DNA of 64,000 nucleotides from an uncultured Acidobacteriota bacterium. GTDB lineage: Bacteria > Acidobacteriota > Thermoanaerobaculia > Multivoradales > DATKCC01. The DNA lies in the NCBI GenBank assembly GCA_963741925.1, contig CAVUJU010000005.1, forward strand, positions 2,472,534 to 2,536,533. Reading direction: 5' to 3'. The notes under the pieces were generated by a model. That model was not told the origin of the DNA and searched no databases. It saw only the letters and a list, made by a program, of their open reading frames with translations. Below are positions 11,782 to 25,760 of this stretch, piece by piece; within the stretch, counting starts at the first letter, position 1, and every line of letters begins with the position of its first letter. The position numbers were made by a program, and so were the translations under genes.

Positions 11782-12001
11782 CCTGGTGAGCCGCATCCCC
11801 AACTACCGCCTGGCGCAGTGCTTCCGTGAGGTTCCCGAGCTGCAGCGCGTCACCCGTCTCACGCTCTGGCAGGGCCTGCGATGCCTCCGCCTCAAGCTGT
11901 GGGACGAAGAGACCCGGAGTCTCGTCGGCTTCGGCGCCGTGCGGGAAGGAAGCCACGAGGCCCGTGGCGCCCGAGACGCTTCAGGCGCCTCGTCGGTTTG
12001 A
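11782..12001 (+). pseudogene. Fatty acid desaturase, 3' remnant after IS21
   Basis: LVSRIPNYRLAQCF...LKLWDEE continues the HHVHHL frame and matches a typical Des C-terminus. Confidence 0.85.
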
Positions 12002-12017
12002 GGCGGAGCTTCGCTAG
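11959..12017 (-). repeat. Partial family A repeat
   Basis: Reverse complement reads CTAGCGAAGCTCCGCCTCAAACCGACGAGGCGCCTGAAGCGTCTC..., as at 36219. Confidence 0.8.
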
Positions 12018-12787
12018 GGCTTCGGCGGTTCCTTGTGGGCGTGGGCCTTCTGGAGCTGACCGTCACTCCAGCCCTGCCGGTGACAGGTCTTGCAGAAGGT
12101 CGCATCCGGCAGCACGAGTCCCGCCGCCTTCGCCTTCTCGACGTCCTTCATCACAGAGAGCGACTTGTACTCGCTGCCCGGACCGTGGCAACTCTCGCAA
12201 TCGAGCGGGGGGTGGCGCTTGGCGTGGGCGGTGTCGGACCACGAGGCGTACTGCAGCTTGTGACACACGCCGCACTTCGCGGCGCCGACCCGGGTCAGCC
12301 CGGGGCGGGTTGCTTCGACGGCGATTTCGCCACCCGGATCCACCACTCCGTTGGCTCCGGGCGCCGGTTGCGAGTCGGAGGTTTGCGGAGCGGCTGGCGG
12401 CTCGGCGGGAGCCGGCGGTGCGGCGAACGGTGGGGCCGTGCTCGGCGGAGACTTCGCGGCGGGGAGCTCGGGCACGGACGAAGTAGCTGGCGAAGAAGAA
12501 GTCGACTCCGGCAGCGCAGCGGGCGCGGTGCTCGGTTTCGCCTGCTGAGGCTCTGTCGTCGGCGTCGGACTCGCCTCCGGCGGTGACGAAGCTTCGACCG
12601 GCGGCGGCGAAGCCTCGGCCGGCGGCGCCGACGGTTGGGGCGCCGGTGTCGTCGAGGCGAGCGGTGACGCCGGCGCGGGCGCGGGAGCGGCCGCCTCGCG
12701 AGGGCTGCAGCCGACGGGCACCAGGAAGATCACCGCGAGCGCGGCGGCCAGGGCAACGGTGGCGACGTAGGGCGCTTCGGTCTTCAT
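12014..12787 (-). CDS. Exported triheme c-type cytochrome with Pro/Ala-rich linker
   Basis: Three CxxCH motifs (CGVCH, CESCH, CKTCH); hydrophobic N-terminus ending VGC, a possible lipobox. Confidence 0.8.
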   Translation of the reverse strand: MKTEAPYVATVALAAALAVIFLVPVGCSPREAAAPAPAPASPLASTTPAPQPSAPPAEASPPPVEASSPPEASPTPTTEPQQAKPSTAPAALPESTSSSPATSSVPELPAAKSPPSTAPPFAAPPAPAEPPAAPQTSDSQPAPGANGVVDPGGEIAVEATRPGLTRVGAAKCGVCHKLQYASWSDTAHAKRHPPLDCESCHGPGSEYKSLSVMKDVEKAKAAGLVLPDATFCKTCHRQGWSDGQLQKAHAHKEPPKP

Positions 12788-12960
12788 CGCTCTGCACCTC
12801 TCCAGTAGGGCTCCGTGGGGCGGCACCTCGACGCGGGCGCGCGGGAACCTGCCTCAGGGCCCGGGTTCTCGACGGTCGGGAAGCTCATTCGCAGGCAGCG
12901 ACCCGACGGTTCTTCATCCGAGGTCCTCCTGGGCAGCGAGGCCGCGATGAAACCCTGCAC

Positions 12961-13057
12961 AGCGTAGTCCTCGGAGGCGGCAGCCGGTAGCGCACTTTCT
13001 ACCCAAGCGGGAGAGGTAGAAAGCGCGCTACCCACGACGGGCTCCTGGGGCTACTTT
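12961..13057. promoter_or_regulatory. Back-to-back shared-motif promoters 3 (minus) and 4 (plus)
   Basis: Minus strand: GGTAGAAAGTGCGC TACCGG-17 bp-TACGCT(12966-12961). Plus strand: GGTAGAAAGCGCGC TACCCA-17 bp-TACTTT(13052-13057). Confidence 0.65.
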
Positions 13058-13063
13058 GGAGAC

Positions 13064-13240
13064 ACGCTCGGAGGAGACGACTCCGGAGCCCACGCGCATT
13101 CATTGGCCGCAGACCCGCAACGCCCTCCTCGTCTACCCGTTCCTTGTGCTCCTCCTCGATTCGGATGGGTCAGCTCGCAGTCGAAGAGGGCCATCCAGGC
13201 CCTCCTGCCATCAGGCGGCGGTCGAGCCGCCGCCGTCCCG
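13064..13240 (+). ncRNA. Candidate small RNA (speculative)
   Basis: Lies behind promoter 4 with no convincing gene; three CTCCT/CCTCCT tracts; ends in hairpin GGCGGCGG-TCGAG-CCGCCGCC. Confidence 0.3.
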
Positions 13241-13266
13241 GGGGGCCGGCAAGACGTCACGCCGTC

Positions 13267-14673
13267 TCATGAATCGTTCAGGCTGGGATCGTGCCAGCCG
13301 CCGTCCGCGGCGATGAGCGCGTCGGACTCCTCGGGGCCCCAGCTGCCGGGCGGGTACGGGCGGACCGGGGAATGGGTCTCGAGAACGGCGTCGACCGCGG
13401 CCCAGGCGGCCTCCACGGCGTCCTCGCGGGCGAAGAGCGCTCCGTCGCCCGCCATGGCGTCGCTCAACAGCCGCTCGTAGGGCGCCTCCTCTCCCGGCTG
13501 CTCGTCGAGCAAGTAGAGCTCTCCTTGCTCGCCGACGAACTCCTTGCCGGCGCTCTTGACGCGCGCGGCGAGCGCCACCGCCGAGTTGGGCGAGAGCCGG
13601 AAGCGCAGATAGTTGGCGCGACCGGTCGCCGGCGCGGAGTCGGCGAAGAGACGCTGCGGCGGCGCCTCGAGCTGAACCAGCACCTCGGCGGCCGTCTCGG
13701 GCAGCAGCTTGCCGGAGCGCAGGTACCAGGGCACCCCGTCCCAGCGCCACGAGTCGATGAACAGCCGCAGGGCGCAGAAGGTCTCGACGTCCGAGGTCGG
13801 CGCCACGTCCGGCTCCTCGCGGTAGCCGACGTACTGACCGCGGACCAGGTCGGCGGGCGCGAGCGCACGCATGGCCTCGAAGACCGCCGCCTTCTGCGCG
13901 TGCACGGCGCCGAAGCCCCGGTAGGCCGGCGGCTCCATGGCCAGCAGGGCGACGATCTGGAACAGGTGGTTCTGGACCACGTCGCGCAGACAGCCCGCCG
14001 TCTCGTAGAACGCCCCGCGGCCGTTCACCCCGAAATCCTCGGCGAGGGTCATCTGGACGCTGGCGACGTAGTTGCGGTTCCAGATCGGCTCCAGGAAGGA
14101 GTTGGCGAAGCGGAAGTAGAGGATGTTCATGATCGCTTCCTTGCCCAGGAAGTGATCGATGCGGAAGATCGCATCTTCCGGGAACACCGAGTGCGCGACC
14201 CGGTTGAGCTCGCGCGCGGAGGCCAGGTCGCGTCCGAACGGCTTCTCGACGATGACGCGCGCGGTCTCGGCGAGGCCGGCGGCGCCGAGCCCTCGGATCA
14301 CCGTCTCGAACAGCGACGGCGGGATGGCGAGGTAGTGTGCCGGGCGCCGGGAATCCCCCAGCGCCGCCTTGAGCGCCGTGAAGGTCCCGGAATCGTTGTA
14401 GTCGCCTTGCACGTACTGGAGCCGCGCGAGGAGATCGCGCAGGGCCGCCTGATCGTCGATCCGCCCCCCGTTCCGGATGCCGTCCGTGGCGCGTTCGCGC
14501 AGCCGCTCCAGGCTCCAGGGTGAGGAGGCGACGCCGACCACCGGGACGTCGAGCACGCCCCGCTTCGCCATGGCGTAGAGGGCCGGGAAGATCATCTTGT
14601 GGGCGAGGTCGCCCGTCACGCCGAAGAGCACCAGCGCGTCGGACGGCACCGGGCCGTCGGTGGAAGGTGTCAT
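13267..14673 (-). CDS. zwf: Glucose-6-phosphate 1-dehydrogenase
   Basis: [37 protein letters not shown]. Confidence 0.95.
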   Translation of the reverse strand: MTPSTDGPVPSDALVLFGVTGDLAHKMIFPALYAMAKRGVLDVPVVGVASSPWSLERLRERATDGIRNGGRIDDQAALRDLLARLQYVQGDYNDSGTFTALKAALGDSRRPAHYLAIPPSLFETVIRGLGAAGLAETARVIVEKPFGRDLASARELNRVAHSVFPEDAIFRIDHFLGKEAIMNILYFRFANSFLEPIWNRNYVASVQMTLAEDFGVNGRGAFYETAGCLRDVVQNHLFQIVALLAMEPPAYRGFGAVHAQKAAVFEAMRALAPADLVRGQYVGYREEPDVAPTSDVETFCALRLFIDSWRWDGVPWYLRSGKLLPETAAEVLVQLEAPPQRLFADSAPATGRANYLRFRLSPNSAVALAARVKSAGKEFVGEQGELYLLDEQPGEEAPYERLLSDAMAGDGALFAREDAVEAAWAAVDAVLETHSPVRPYPPGSWGPEESDALIAADGGWHDPSLNDS

Positions 14674-14681
14674 GTCAGCTC

Positions 14682-14978
14682 CCAGGGAAGCTCCGCCTCA
14701 AACCGACGAGGCGTCTTGAGTGTCTTGGGCTTTGCGAGTCGCTGGTCCCCCGCCCGCGTCGGTCGATCGAGCCTGCGCTCAGCAGAACGGCTTCTCCAGA
14801 ACGTTGGATTCATCGGATCACCCCCCTCACCCTCGATCCCTCTCCCACCCTCGCGGGGGGAGAGGGACGCCGATCCATCGGATCACCCCCCTCACCCTCG
14901 TTCCCTCTCCCACCCTCGCGGGGGGAGAGGGACGCCCCCTCCCGGCCTTGCTGCGCCTGAAAACTCGGCTCGTTCGTC
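14682..14978 (+). repeat. Family A repeat with two tandem hairpin units
   Basis: GAAGCTCCGCCTCAAACCGACGAGGCG head, two TCCCTCTCCC...GGGAGAGGGA hairpins, AAAACTCGGCTCGTTCGTC tail. Confidence 0.85.
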
Positions 14979-14988
14979 GCCGTCCCTG

Positions 14989-15692
14989 TCACGGCGCCTC
15001 CCGCCGCCTGCGCTCGGCCGGGGTCGCGCCGAGCATAGGCGCGAGGTCGCAGGTGACGAGATCCGCGATTCGCTCGACCGTCAGATCGGCCGCGGGGTAG
15101 GCGGCGACGTTCTCGGGATCGAGCGCATCGTGGCCCTGGCGCGGGAAGACGGTGGTCAACCGGTCGCCCCAGATCTCCTTCATCGCCGCGAGGATGCGCA
15201 GCTTGTCGTCCACCATGACGTAGTGCCGGGCCGGGAAGCGCTCGGCCACGGCCTCGAGCATCCGTTCTTTGTGAATGTAGATCAGCACGCGGCCCTCGAC
15301 GGCCGTCCACAGCCCCGAGCGCTGGATCTTGCGCGGCTGAAAGACGACGTCACCATCCGAGAGGATCACCGTCGAACCCAGGGCTCGGAGACGCCGGATG
15401 GCGTCGAGCGCGCCGGGATACAGGCGACGGGCGAACGGATAGTCGATCAGGAAGGACAACATCCGCAGCAATTCCGGATCGCTCGCCGCTCCGAGCCGGT
15501 AGCGCTGCAAGGCACCCAGGTAGTCCACGTACCCCAGCTCGCTGCGCAGCTCCTCGAGGATCGCACCGTACCGGTCCCGACTCGCGGCGCCGAACTCGCG
15601 GGCGAGATGGTCGCGGAGATCCTCCTGCACGCGGTCGTTGTCGAGCAGCGTATTGTCGCAGTCGAGGAGGACGACGACACGCTGCGGAGAGC

Positions 15693-15696
<4 letters not shown>
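14989..15696 (-). CDS. HAD-superfamily hydrolase
   Basis: [10 protein letters not shown] motif I, ILSDGD motif II, MVDDK motif IV. Confidence 0.9.
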
Positions 15697-17381
<1,685 letters not shown>

Positions 17382-17460
17382 GGCGCCTGGCCTCGCGCGA
17401 GGCGCGCAAACCTTCGCCCGGGGAGGGCGCCGGGCCGAGGCCGGGATCCGGCAGAGCCGG

Positions 17461-17541
17461 TTAGCGCCGTCGGCTTCTCCAGTAGAAGCCGCCACCGCCG
17501 AACAGCAGGATCAACACGATGATCACGAGGATGAGCGTCAC
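17461..17541 (-). CDS. 26-aa small membrane peptide (DUF3309-like stress peptide)
   Basis: AAAGGAGG RBS then GTG; [26 protein letters not shown]. Confidence 0.75.
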   Translation of the reverse strand: MTLILVIIVLILLFGGGGFYWRSRRR

Positions 17542-17566
17542 GATGCCTCCTTTCCAGTCCCACCCC

Positions 17567-17644
17567 AACTTACTTCCCCGAGACCCCGTTCGAAAAGCGC
17601 ACTTTCTACCCGGGAGCCCCGCCGCGTAACAGGTAGGAACTACC
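17567..17644 (-). promoter_or_regulatory. Shared-motif promoter 5, upstream of peptide-pgm-HAD-zwf
   Basis: Minus strand: GGTAGTTCCTACC-21 bp-GGTAGAAAGTGCGC TTTTCG-18 bp-TAAGTT. Confidence 0.7.
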
Positions 17645-17895
17645 CATTCGCGGTAGCGCCACGGGCGTCGTGGCGGTCGAGCCTCGGGAAGCTGGCGGAG
17701 CTTCACCGGTGTCCTGAGAGCTGGGAGTCCGGGGCCGCGCTACGAGTCGAGCTCGGTCTCTTCGGCGGGACGCGAAGAGACCGAGCCTGCTGTAGACTGC
17801 TGTCGGACCTACCGACATCACGCGACGCAGCGCCGGCAAAGAGACGCCAGCCCCTCGGCTGCGCCGCCAGCTCGGCCGCGAGTTGGAGAGAGACG

Positions 17896-19038
<1,143 letters not shown>

Positions 19039-19956
19039 GCGGCGTCCACCCCAGGCTGTCGACGAAGCGTACGATCTCACGTGCCACCGCGTCCGGCGCC
19101 TCGTGCTGCAGGAAGTGGCGGGCGCCGCGAATGACCTTGAAGGTCGCGCCGGGCAGGGTTGCGGCAAGCGCGCGCCCACCCGCCGCCGGAAAGATGACGT
19201 CCCGGTCGGAAAAGAGCACCAACGCAGGGATCGGCCAGCCTCGGAGGCGAGCGAAAAGCTCCCGCAGAAGCTCGTGCGAGGGGTGCGCCGGCGACGTCGG
19301 GATGAGTCGGGGGAAGGCGGCGATGGCGGCGCGGCTGGCGGCGGAGTCGTTCGCCGCGGCGTAGATGCGGCGACTCTCCGGATCGAGGCTGCCGCGGAGG
19401 CCGAGGCGCTGAAAGAGGCCCAGCCTGCGGATCACCACTCGGCGGAGCCGATCGGAGCGCACCACGGCAGCCAGCGGCAAGCGGTATCTCCAGGGCAACC
19501 GCATCACCGGCGAGGTCAGGGTGTTGAGCAGGACCAACCCTCGATAGCGCGCGCGATCGGCCAGCGCCGAGCCCAGGCCGATCGGGCCGCCCCAGTCGTG
19601 GCCGACCAGCACCAGGTCCTCGAGCCCGAGCTCCGCGACCAGGTCTCCGACGAGCTGCATGTGGGAGGCGAGCGAGTATGCGGACTCGGCCCGTGGCTTG
19701 TCCGACATGCCGAAGCCCAGGAGGTCGGGGGCGACACAGCGGTAGCCGGCCGGGAGGTGCTCCATGAGCCGGTGGTAGACATAGCCGCTGGTCAGGTTGC
19801 CGTGGATCAGGAGCAAGGTCGCGGCACTGCGCTCGCGCGCACTCGGCGAGCCTGGGACGGTGCTGTCGAAGTACGCGATGCGGTGACCGCCGAGCAGGAG
19901 CGACGAGTGGCGGGCGGCGAACCCTGCAGGATAGAGGCTCCCGCCCGTCGCCGGGC

Positions 19957-21294
19957 TCACGGCGAGGGGTAGATCGATGCGGTCTGTGCCGGAAGATCGG
20001 TCGCGTGGACGCGCCAGCCGGCGTTGGCGAGGGGCGGATGGGCGAGGTGCCGGACCCACCAGCCGCAAACCCGCGCCGCCGTGCCGCCGTGGACGATCGA
20101 CAGCCGCGCGACCCGTTTGATGTTCTCTGCGACGATCTGCTCGGCCGCCTTCTTGATGCGCCTCCGCGTCAGCCGGTCGGCGTCGCTGGCGATCATCCGG
20201 TCGAACAGCACGTGCGAGCGCAGAAGGGCGTGCACGTAGGCCTCGTACGCCGGGCCGAACCTGTCCGGCGACTCCAGCATGCGGGCGGCGATGGCGCCGG
20301 CCAACAGTGCGGTGCCCACGCCGGAGGAGGTCGGGAACCATACCTGGCCGAAGGAGGGTCCGGCGAGCAGCCAGTTGCCGCCATAGGCGCGCTCGTGCAT
20401 GAAGTAGCGATTGCGGACCGCGACTACCTCCGAGCGCTCGGGGAAGTGCTCGCGGAGGTCGAGGCCGCGGCGGGCGTAGGCGTCGGCGACCAGCTCGACC
20501 ACCGCCTCGTCGCCCGGTTCCTGGTCGCCGGCGTCCATGCTGATGCCCACCGACGCGTAGCCGCCGAGCGGGATGCACCAAGCGAAGCCGTCGATCCCGT
20601 CCCAGCGCCGATAGAGCCTCATCAGGCTCGTGCAGTGGCGCCAGCCGCCGCCGACCTCGCAGTCGCCCGGGCCGCCCCCGGGCTTGCGGTAATGGCGAAA
20701 GACGACCCGCTGCGGCTCGCCGAGCCACTGGATCGGCACCCCGACGCTGCGGGCGACGAGCCGCAGGTGGTTGGTGGCGTCGAAGACGTATCGTGGCCGT
20801 ACCACGGATCCATCCGAGAGGCACAGCTCCTCGATGCGATCCGAGGCCTGGTCGTAGCTCATCGATTCGACCCGCAGGTCGGCATGCGCGCACAAGGGGT
20901 GAGCGACCGTCCGCTCGAAGAGGGCGAGGTCGAAGCCGATCCGATCGACGTGGATGAACACGTCGCCGGCACGGAACCCGAGCATCCGGAGCCCGAGCGA
21001 GCGACTCGCCTTGTGCCGGAAGTCGCAGATCGCGGCGTAGCCGGCGGCGTAGACCGCGACGTAGCGCTTGAGGTGGTAGTACTCCGAGTACTCGGGGAAG
21101 AACTCGAGCAGCGCCACCGAGCCCGCCGGGTCGATCGACTCACCGAGCCGCGGCCTCGAGGTCGGGCGCGCCCCGAGCAGCACGTGCTCGACGCCGGCCT
21201 GCGAGAGGTAGTGACTGATCACCACCCCCGACAGCCCGCCACCGATGATGACCGGCTTGGTATCGAGCGACGGCAAGGGCCCGGCCTCTCTCAT
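19957..21294 (-). CDS. FAD-dependent oxidoreductase of the halogenase/geranylgeranyl reductase fold
   Basis: IIGGGLSG, PRLGES, VDRIGFD, FDAT, FAWCIP, TSSGV motifs. Confidence 0.8.
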   Translation of the reverse strand: MREAGPLPSLDTKPVIIGGGLSGVVISHYLSQAGVEHVLLGARPTSRPRLGESIDPAGSVALLEFFPEYSEYYHLKRYVAVYAAGYAAICDFRHKASRSLGLRMLGFRAGDVFIHVDRIGFDLALFERTVAHPLCAHADLRVESMSYDQASDRIEELCLSDGSVVRPRYVFDATNHLRLVARSVGVPIQWLGEPQRVVFRHYRKPGGGPGDCEVGGGWRHCTSLMRLYRRWDGIDGFAWCIPLGGYASVGISMDAGDQEPGDEAVVELVADAYARRGLDLREHFPERSEVVAVRNRYFMHERAYGGNWLLAGPSFGQVWFPTSSGVGTALLAGAIAARMLESPDRFGPAYEAYVHALLRSHVLFDRMIASDADRLTRRRIKKAAEQIVAENIKRVARLSIVHGGTAARVCGWWVRHLAHPPLANAGWRVHATDLPAQTASIYPSP

Positions 21295-21417
21295 CGCGGT
21301 TCGTGTCTCGGATCATAGCTCACCGGACTCGCGAGTCGCCCGCCCACTCCCAGACCGTTCGGCGGGCCGCGACGCGGAGGCGCGAGGGCTTCCCTCGAGG
21401 CGAGAGAGACCGACTCC

Positions 21418-21494
21418 GTAGAAATTACCGGCCCGGCGGCATCGCTTCCGGGTAGAAATTGCGCTTCACAAGGGGCCGCCACGAGCTCTAGGCT
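21418..21494 (+). promoter_or_regulatory. Shared-motif promoter 6, upstream of the CheBR kinase
   Basis: GTAGAAATTACC-21 bp-GGTAGAAATTGCGC TTCACA-18 bp-TAGGCT(21489-21494). Confidence 0.7.
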
Positions 21495-21572
21495 CCTAGT
21501 CGTCGCCTCATCCAATCGCTCACGCCGCAAGCCGTAGCCCGGTGAAGCACGCTCCGCGGCCGGTCTTCGCCG

Positions 21573-24500
21573 GTGGCCTCTCTCGACGAGCCGAACCTCA
21601 TGGCCCCCAATCCATCACGCCAACGGCCTCCGGCACCGGCACCTGCACCTGCACCTGCCGAAGGTACACCACCGACCCTGGTCGTCGGCGTCGGCGCCTC
21701 CGCCGGGGGGCTCGGTGCGTGCCAGGGGTTCCTCCAAGGGGCCCCGGCCGATCAGGGCCTGGCGTTCATCGTGGTCCTTCACCTGGCGCCCGCCGAGAAG
21801 AGCCACGTCGCCGCGATCCTGCAAAAGGCGACGGCCATGGAGGTCTCCCAGGTCACCGGCAACGAGCGCGTCGAGCCCGACCACGTCTACATCATCGCGC
21901 CCGCGACCTCGCTCGGGATCCGCGATGGCGCCTTGGTCGCCGGTCCGCCTGGGGAGCCTCACTACCTCGCCAGGCCCATCGACACGTTCTTCTCCGCGCT
22001 GGCTGCGGATCAGAGGAAGCGGGCGGTCGGCATCGTGCTCTCCGGAACCGGGAGCGACGGGGCCGCCGGCCTGGAGGCCATCCGCTCGGCCGGAGGGATG
22101 TGCCTGGTTCAGGACCCCGAGACGGCCGAGTACGACGGGATGCCGCGAAGCGCCATCGCAACGGGTGCCGCCGACGCGGTCGTGGCGCCGAGAGACATGG
22201 GGGAGCTCCTCCTGCGATACGCCGCCGCGCCCCGGGTGCGGCCCCGGGTCGGAGACCCCGCGCGGCGGGCCGGGGGCGAGACGGGCGAGGGGTGGCTTCC
22301 GGCGATCCTGGCGTTGCTCGGCGAACGCTACCGCGTCGACCTTCGCAACTACAAGACGGGGACTCTCGAGCGCCGGACCCAGCGGCGCATCGAGCTCAGG
22401 CACCTCGCCGGGTGGCAGGACTATCTCGCGTACTTGCGGACGGATCCGGAGGAGGTCGATGCGCTCTATCGCGACCTCCTGATCGGCGTCACGCGCTTCT
22501 TCCGCGATCCCGAGGAGTGGGAGGCCCTGACCCGAGAGATCGTGCCAGAGCTGGTCGAGAAGCGCCGCGACGCCACCGCGCTACGGGTCTGGTCGGCGGG
22601 CTGCGCCACCGGCGAGGAGGCCTACAGCCTGGCCATGGTGCTCCTCGAGCAGCTCGCGAGCTCGGCAAGCCGCCTCGACTTGCAGGTGTTCGCCTCCGAC
22701 GCGAGCGAGCGAGCGCTCGCTGTCGCACGGCAGGGGCGCTACCCCGCCACGATCGGAGAGTCCGTGTCCGCGGATCGCCTGCGACGGTTCTTCCGGCCCA
22801 CCGGCGAGGGCTTCGAGGTCGAGCGGCCGCTGCGCGAGGCGGTCACCTTCGCGGCCCACGACCTGCTCTCCGACCCACCGTTCGCCCACCTCGACCTGGT
22901 GAGCTGTCGCAACGTGCTCATCTATCTCGAGCCGGCCGCGCAGGAGAGGTTGCTCGAGCTGTTCCACTTCTCGCTTCAGCCTCAGGGCATCCTGTGGCTC
23001 GGCGCCGCCGAGACGGTCGGCGGGCGAAGCGACCTGTTCGAGGAGGTGGCTTCGGGCAAGCACCGGTTCTTCCGCCCCATCGGGGTCGCGGGGGCGCATC
23101 GCTACCGCCGGGCGCGCCGGGCGGCCGCGCTGGCTCCGGCGCAGCTCGTGCCCAAGAGCGGGGCACCGACCGAGGGACCGAAGATCACCCGCCTGATCGA
23201 AAAGGTGGTGCTCGACCGCTTCAGCTCGGCCTGCGTGGTGGTCGATCGGGGGCTCGAGATGCGCTACCTCTTCGGGCCGACGGCCGAGTATCTCAGGCAG
23301 CCGCAGGGCGCGACCAGATCGGACGTGCTCTCCTGGGTTCGGCCCGAGCTCTACGCCAAGGTGCGGGCCGGTCTCGCCGAGGCCATCGAGCACGAGCGGA
23401 AGGTGACGGCCACCGGCATTCTGCTGGAGCGGGGTACGGCGAGCGCCCGGGTCGAGATCGTCATCGAGCCGATCCCGGCCAACTCGCCTGCCGCCGGGCT
23501 CGTGCTCGTCGCCTTCCGGGACCGGCCGCGCGCGGGTGGGCTGGCCGCCGCGTCGGGTGGAGAGGGTGGGGAGGTCGCGGCGACCACCGCCCAGGTCCAG
23601 CAGGAGCTCGAGGAGACGAGGGAGGAGCTACGGACCGCGGTCGATCAGCTCAGGACCGCCACGGAAGAGCACGGTGCGAGGTACGAGGAGCTGCTCTCCC
23701 TCAACGAGGAGTTTCAGTCGAGCAACGAGGAGATCGAGGCGTCGAAGGAAGAGCTTCAGTCCCTGAACGAGGAGCTGACCACCATCAACCGGCAGCTCGA
23801 GGAGCGAAACGAGGAGCTGCGCTCACTCAGCTCGGACCTCAGCAACCTGTTGGTGAGCGCCGCCGTTCTGACCCTCTTCCTCGACCGCGAGCTCCGGATC
23901 CGCCGCTTCACTCCCGCGTGCGCCTCGGTCATGGCCATCGTCTCGGGCGACGTCGGTCGCTCGCTGCGCGACCTGAAGCTGAAAGTCCACGACGAGGGCC
24001 TGTTCACCGATGCGCTGCGCGTCCTGGGAGGGGAGCCCGCGCCGATCGAAGCGGAGGTGTCCACCGACGACGGTCGATGGTTCTCGAGGCGAGCTCTTCC
24101 CTACCGCACCGCCGACGGAGGCATCGACGGCGTCTGCCTGACGTTTCACGAGATCACGGCGCAGAAGCGAGCGACCGCCGCGAGCGAGGACGCCCGCCTC
24201 TATGCCGAAGCGATCATCCGGACCTCGCGCATGCCCCTGCTCGTGCTCGACGCGGATCACCGCCTGGTCTCGGCGAACGCGCAGTTCTATGCCACGTTCC
24301 AGGTCGAGGAGGAGGAGACGGAGAGCCGCCGGATCTACGAGCTCGGCAACGGACAATGGGACATCCCCAGACTGCGGGCTCTGTTGGAGGAGGTACTCCT
24401 CGAAGGCCGGGAGATCCGCGACTACGACGTGGATCACGTGTTCGAGAAGATCGGCTGGCGCAGCATGAGACTCAATGCCCAGGTGATGCCGCGCGACGGC

Positions 24501-25724
24501 CACTCGGACCTGGTGCTGGTATCGATCGAGGACGTGACCGACCTGCGCAAGGCCGAGATGGAAGCCGAGAGCCGGGCCGAGGAGCTGGCGCTGGGGGATC
24601 GACGCAAGAACGAGTTCCTCGCCATGCTCGGCCATGAGCTGCGCAATCCGTTGGCGGCGCTCACCCACGGGCTCGATCTCATGCGCCGGGCCGGCGGCGG
24701 CCCGACCGAGCCGGTCCGGACCATGATGGAGAGGCAGACCCGGCGCATGACCACCATGCTCGACCAGCTCCTCGACGTGGCGCGGGTGGTCTCCGGAAAG
24801 CTCGAGCTGGTGCGGGAGGCGGCGGACGTCGAGGCGGCGGCGCGGGCAGCGATCGAGAGCGTGACCCCGATGATCGAGGCGGCCCACCACGAGCTCACCG
24901 TGGACCTGCCGCGGCCGGGGAAGGTCGAGGTGCTGGGCGACGTGGTGCGCCTGGCGCAAGTGATCGAGAACCTGCTGGGCAACGCGGCGAAGTACACCGA
25001 GGACGGCGGCCGGATCTGGCTCACCGTGAGGTCGACGCAAGACGCGGTCGAGCTCTCGATTCGAGACACCGGCATCGGCATGGAGCCGGCGGTGCTCGCC
25101 CACGTCTTCCACCTGTTCACGCAGGCTCCAGGTAGCCTCGACCGGGCAAAAGGGGGCCTCGGGCTCGGGCTGCCGCTGGTCCGTAGCCTGATCGAGATGC
25201 ACGGCGGGAAGGTCGAAGCCTCGAGCGCCGGGCCGGGCGAGGGCACCGAGGTGGTGGTGACGTTGCCGCGGCTGCGCCGTGGTCGTCTCGCGACCACGGT
25301 CGATAAGCCCGTCGCTCCGGCTCCGGCCACGGCCCGCAGGATCCTGGTCGTCGACGACGAGGAAGACGTCGCCCGGTCGCTGGTCGAGCTCCTGACGCTC
25401 CAGGGCCACGAGGCCCGAGCGGCGTCCGACGGGCCCGGGGCCCTGGCGGCCGCGGCAGAGCTCGAGCCCGAGGTCGTGGTCCTCGACCTCGGGCTGCCCG
25501 GGATGGACGGCTACGAGCTGGGCCGGACGCTTCGCGAGATGCGCGGCGAGGGGTTGCTGCTCGTCGCCCTGACCGGCTACCAGGACGACAAGGCGCGCTT
25601 GAAGGAAGCCGGTTTCGACGGGCACCTGCTCAAGCCGACTCCGATCGAGAAGCTCTACGCCATGGTGGCCGAGCTCGACGGGAGAGATCGGGAAGCGGGA
25701 TCTCCCGGACCCTCTCCGCCGTAG
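21573..25724 (+). CDS. CheB-CheR-PAS-histidine kinase-receiver fusion
   Basis: GASAGG, VLHL and SGTGSDG (CheB); [13 protein letters not shown] and CRNVLIY (CheR); [10 protein letters not shown] coil; HELRNPL; VVDDE receiver. Start may be 21600. Confidence 0.92.
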   Translation: MASLDEPNLMAPNPSRQRPPAPAPAPAPAEGTPPTLVVGVGASAGGLGACQGFLQGAPADQGLAFIVVLHLAPAEKSHVAAILQKATAMEVSQVTGNERVEPDHVYIIAPATSLGIRDGALVAGPPGEPHYLARPIDTFFSALAADQRKRAVGIVLSGTGSDGAAGLEAIRSAGGMCLVQDPETAEYDGMPRSAIATGAADAVVAPRDMGELLLRYAAAPRVRPRVGDPARRAGGETGEGWLPAILALLGERYRVDLRNYKTGTLERRTQRRIELRHLAGWQDYLAYLRTDPEEVDALYRDLLIGVTRFFRDPEEWEALTREIVPELVEKRRDATALRVWSAGCATGEEAYSLAMVLLEQLASSASRLDLQVFASDASERALAVARQGRYPATIGESVSADRLRRFFRPTGEGFEVERPLREAVTFAAHDLLSDPPFAHLDLVSCRNVLIYLEPAAQERLLELFHFSLQPQGILWLGAAETVGGRSDLFEEVASGKHRFFRPIGVAGAHRYRRARRAAALAPAQLVPKSGAPTEGPKITRLIEKVVLDRFSSACVVVDRGLEMRYLFGPTAEYLRQPQGATRSDVLSWVRPELYAKVRAGLAEAIEHERKVTATGILLERGTASARVEIVIEPIPANSPAAGLVLVAFRDRPRAGGLAAASGGEGGEVAATTAQVQQELEETREELRTAVDQLRTATEEHGARYEELLSLNEEFQSSNEEIEASKEELQSLNEELTTINRQLEERNEELRSLSSDLSNLLVSAAVLTLFLDRELRIRRFTPACASVMAIVSGDVGRSLRDLKLKVHDEGLFTDALRVLGGEPAPIEAEVSTDDGRWFSRRALPYRTADGGIDGVCLTFHEITAQKRATAASEDARLYAEAIIRTSRMPLLVLDADHRLVSANAQFYATFQVEEEETESRRIYELGNGQWDIPRLRALLEEVLLEGREIRDYDVDHVFEKIGWRSMRLNAQVMPRDGHSDLVLVSIEDVTDLRKAEMEAESRAEELALGDRRKNEFLAMLGHELRNPLAALTHGLDLMRRAGGGPTEPVRTMMERQTRRMTTMLDQLLDVARVVSGKLELVREAADVEAAARAAIESVTPMIEAAHHELTVDLPRPGKVEVLGDVVRLAQVIENLLGNAAKYTEDGGRIWLTVRSTQDAVELSIRDTGIGMEPAVLAHVFHLFTQAPGSLDRAKGGLGLGLPLVRSLIEMHGGKVEASSAGPGEGTEVVVTLPRLRRGRLATTVDKPVAPAPATARRILVVDDEEDVARSLVELLTLQGHEARAASDGPGALAAAAELEPEVVVLDLGLPGMDGYELGRTLREMRGEGLLLVALTGYQDDKARLKEAGFDGHLLKPTPIEKLYAMVAELDGRDREAGSPGPSPP

Positions 25725-25760
25725 AGAGCGCCCGGGAGCCCGCGCCCCGGCAGGGTCCGA

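Noticed and set aside
21625-21660. Short CCGGCA/CCTGCA tandem repeats
   Set aside because: They encode a PAPAPA low-complexity linker in the CheBR kinase N-terminus
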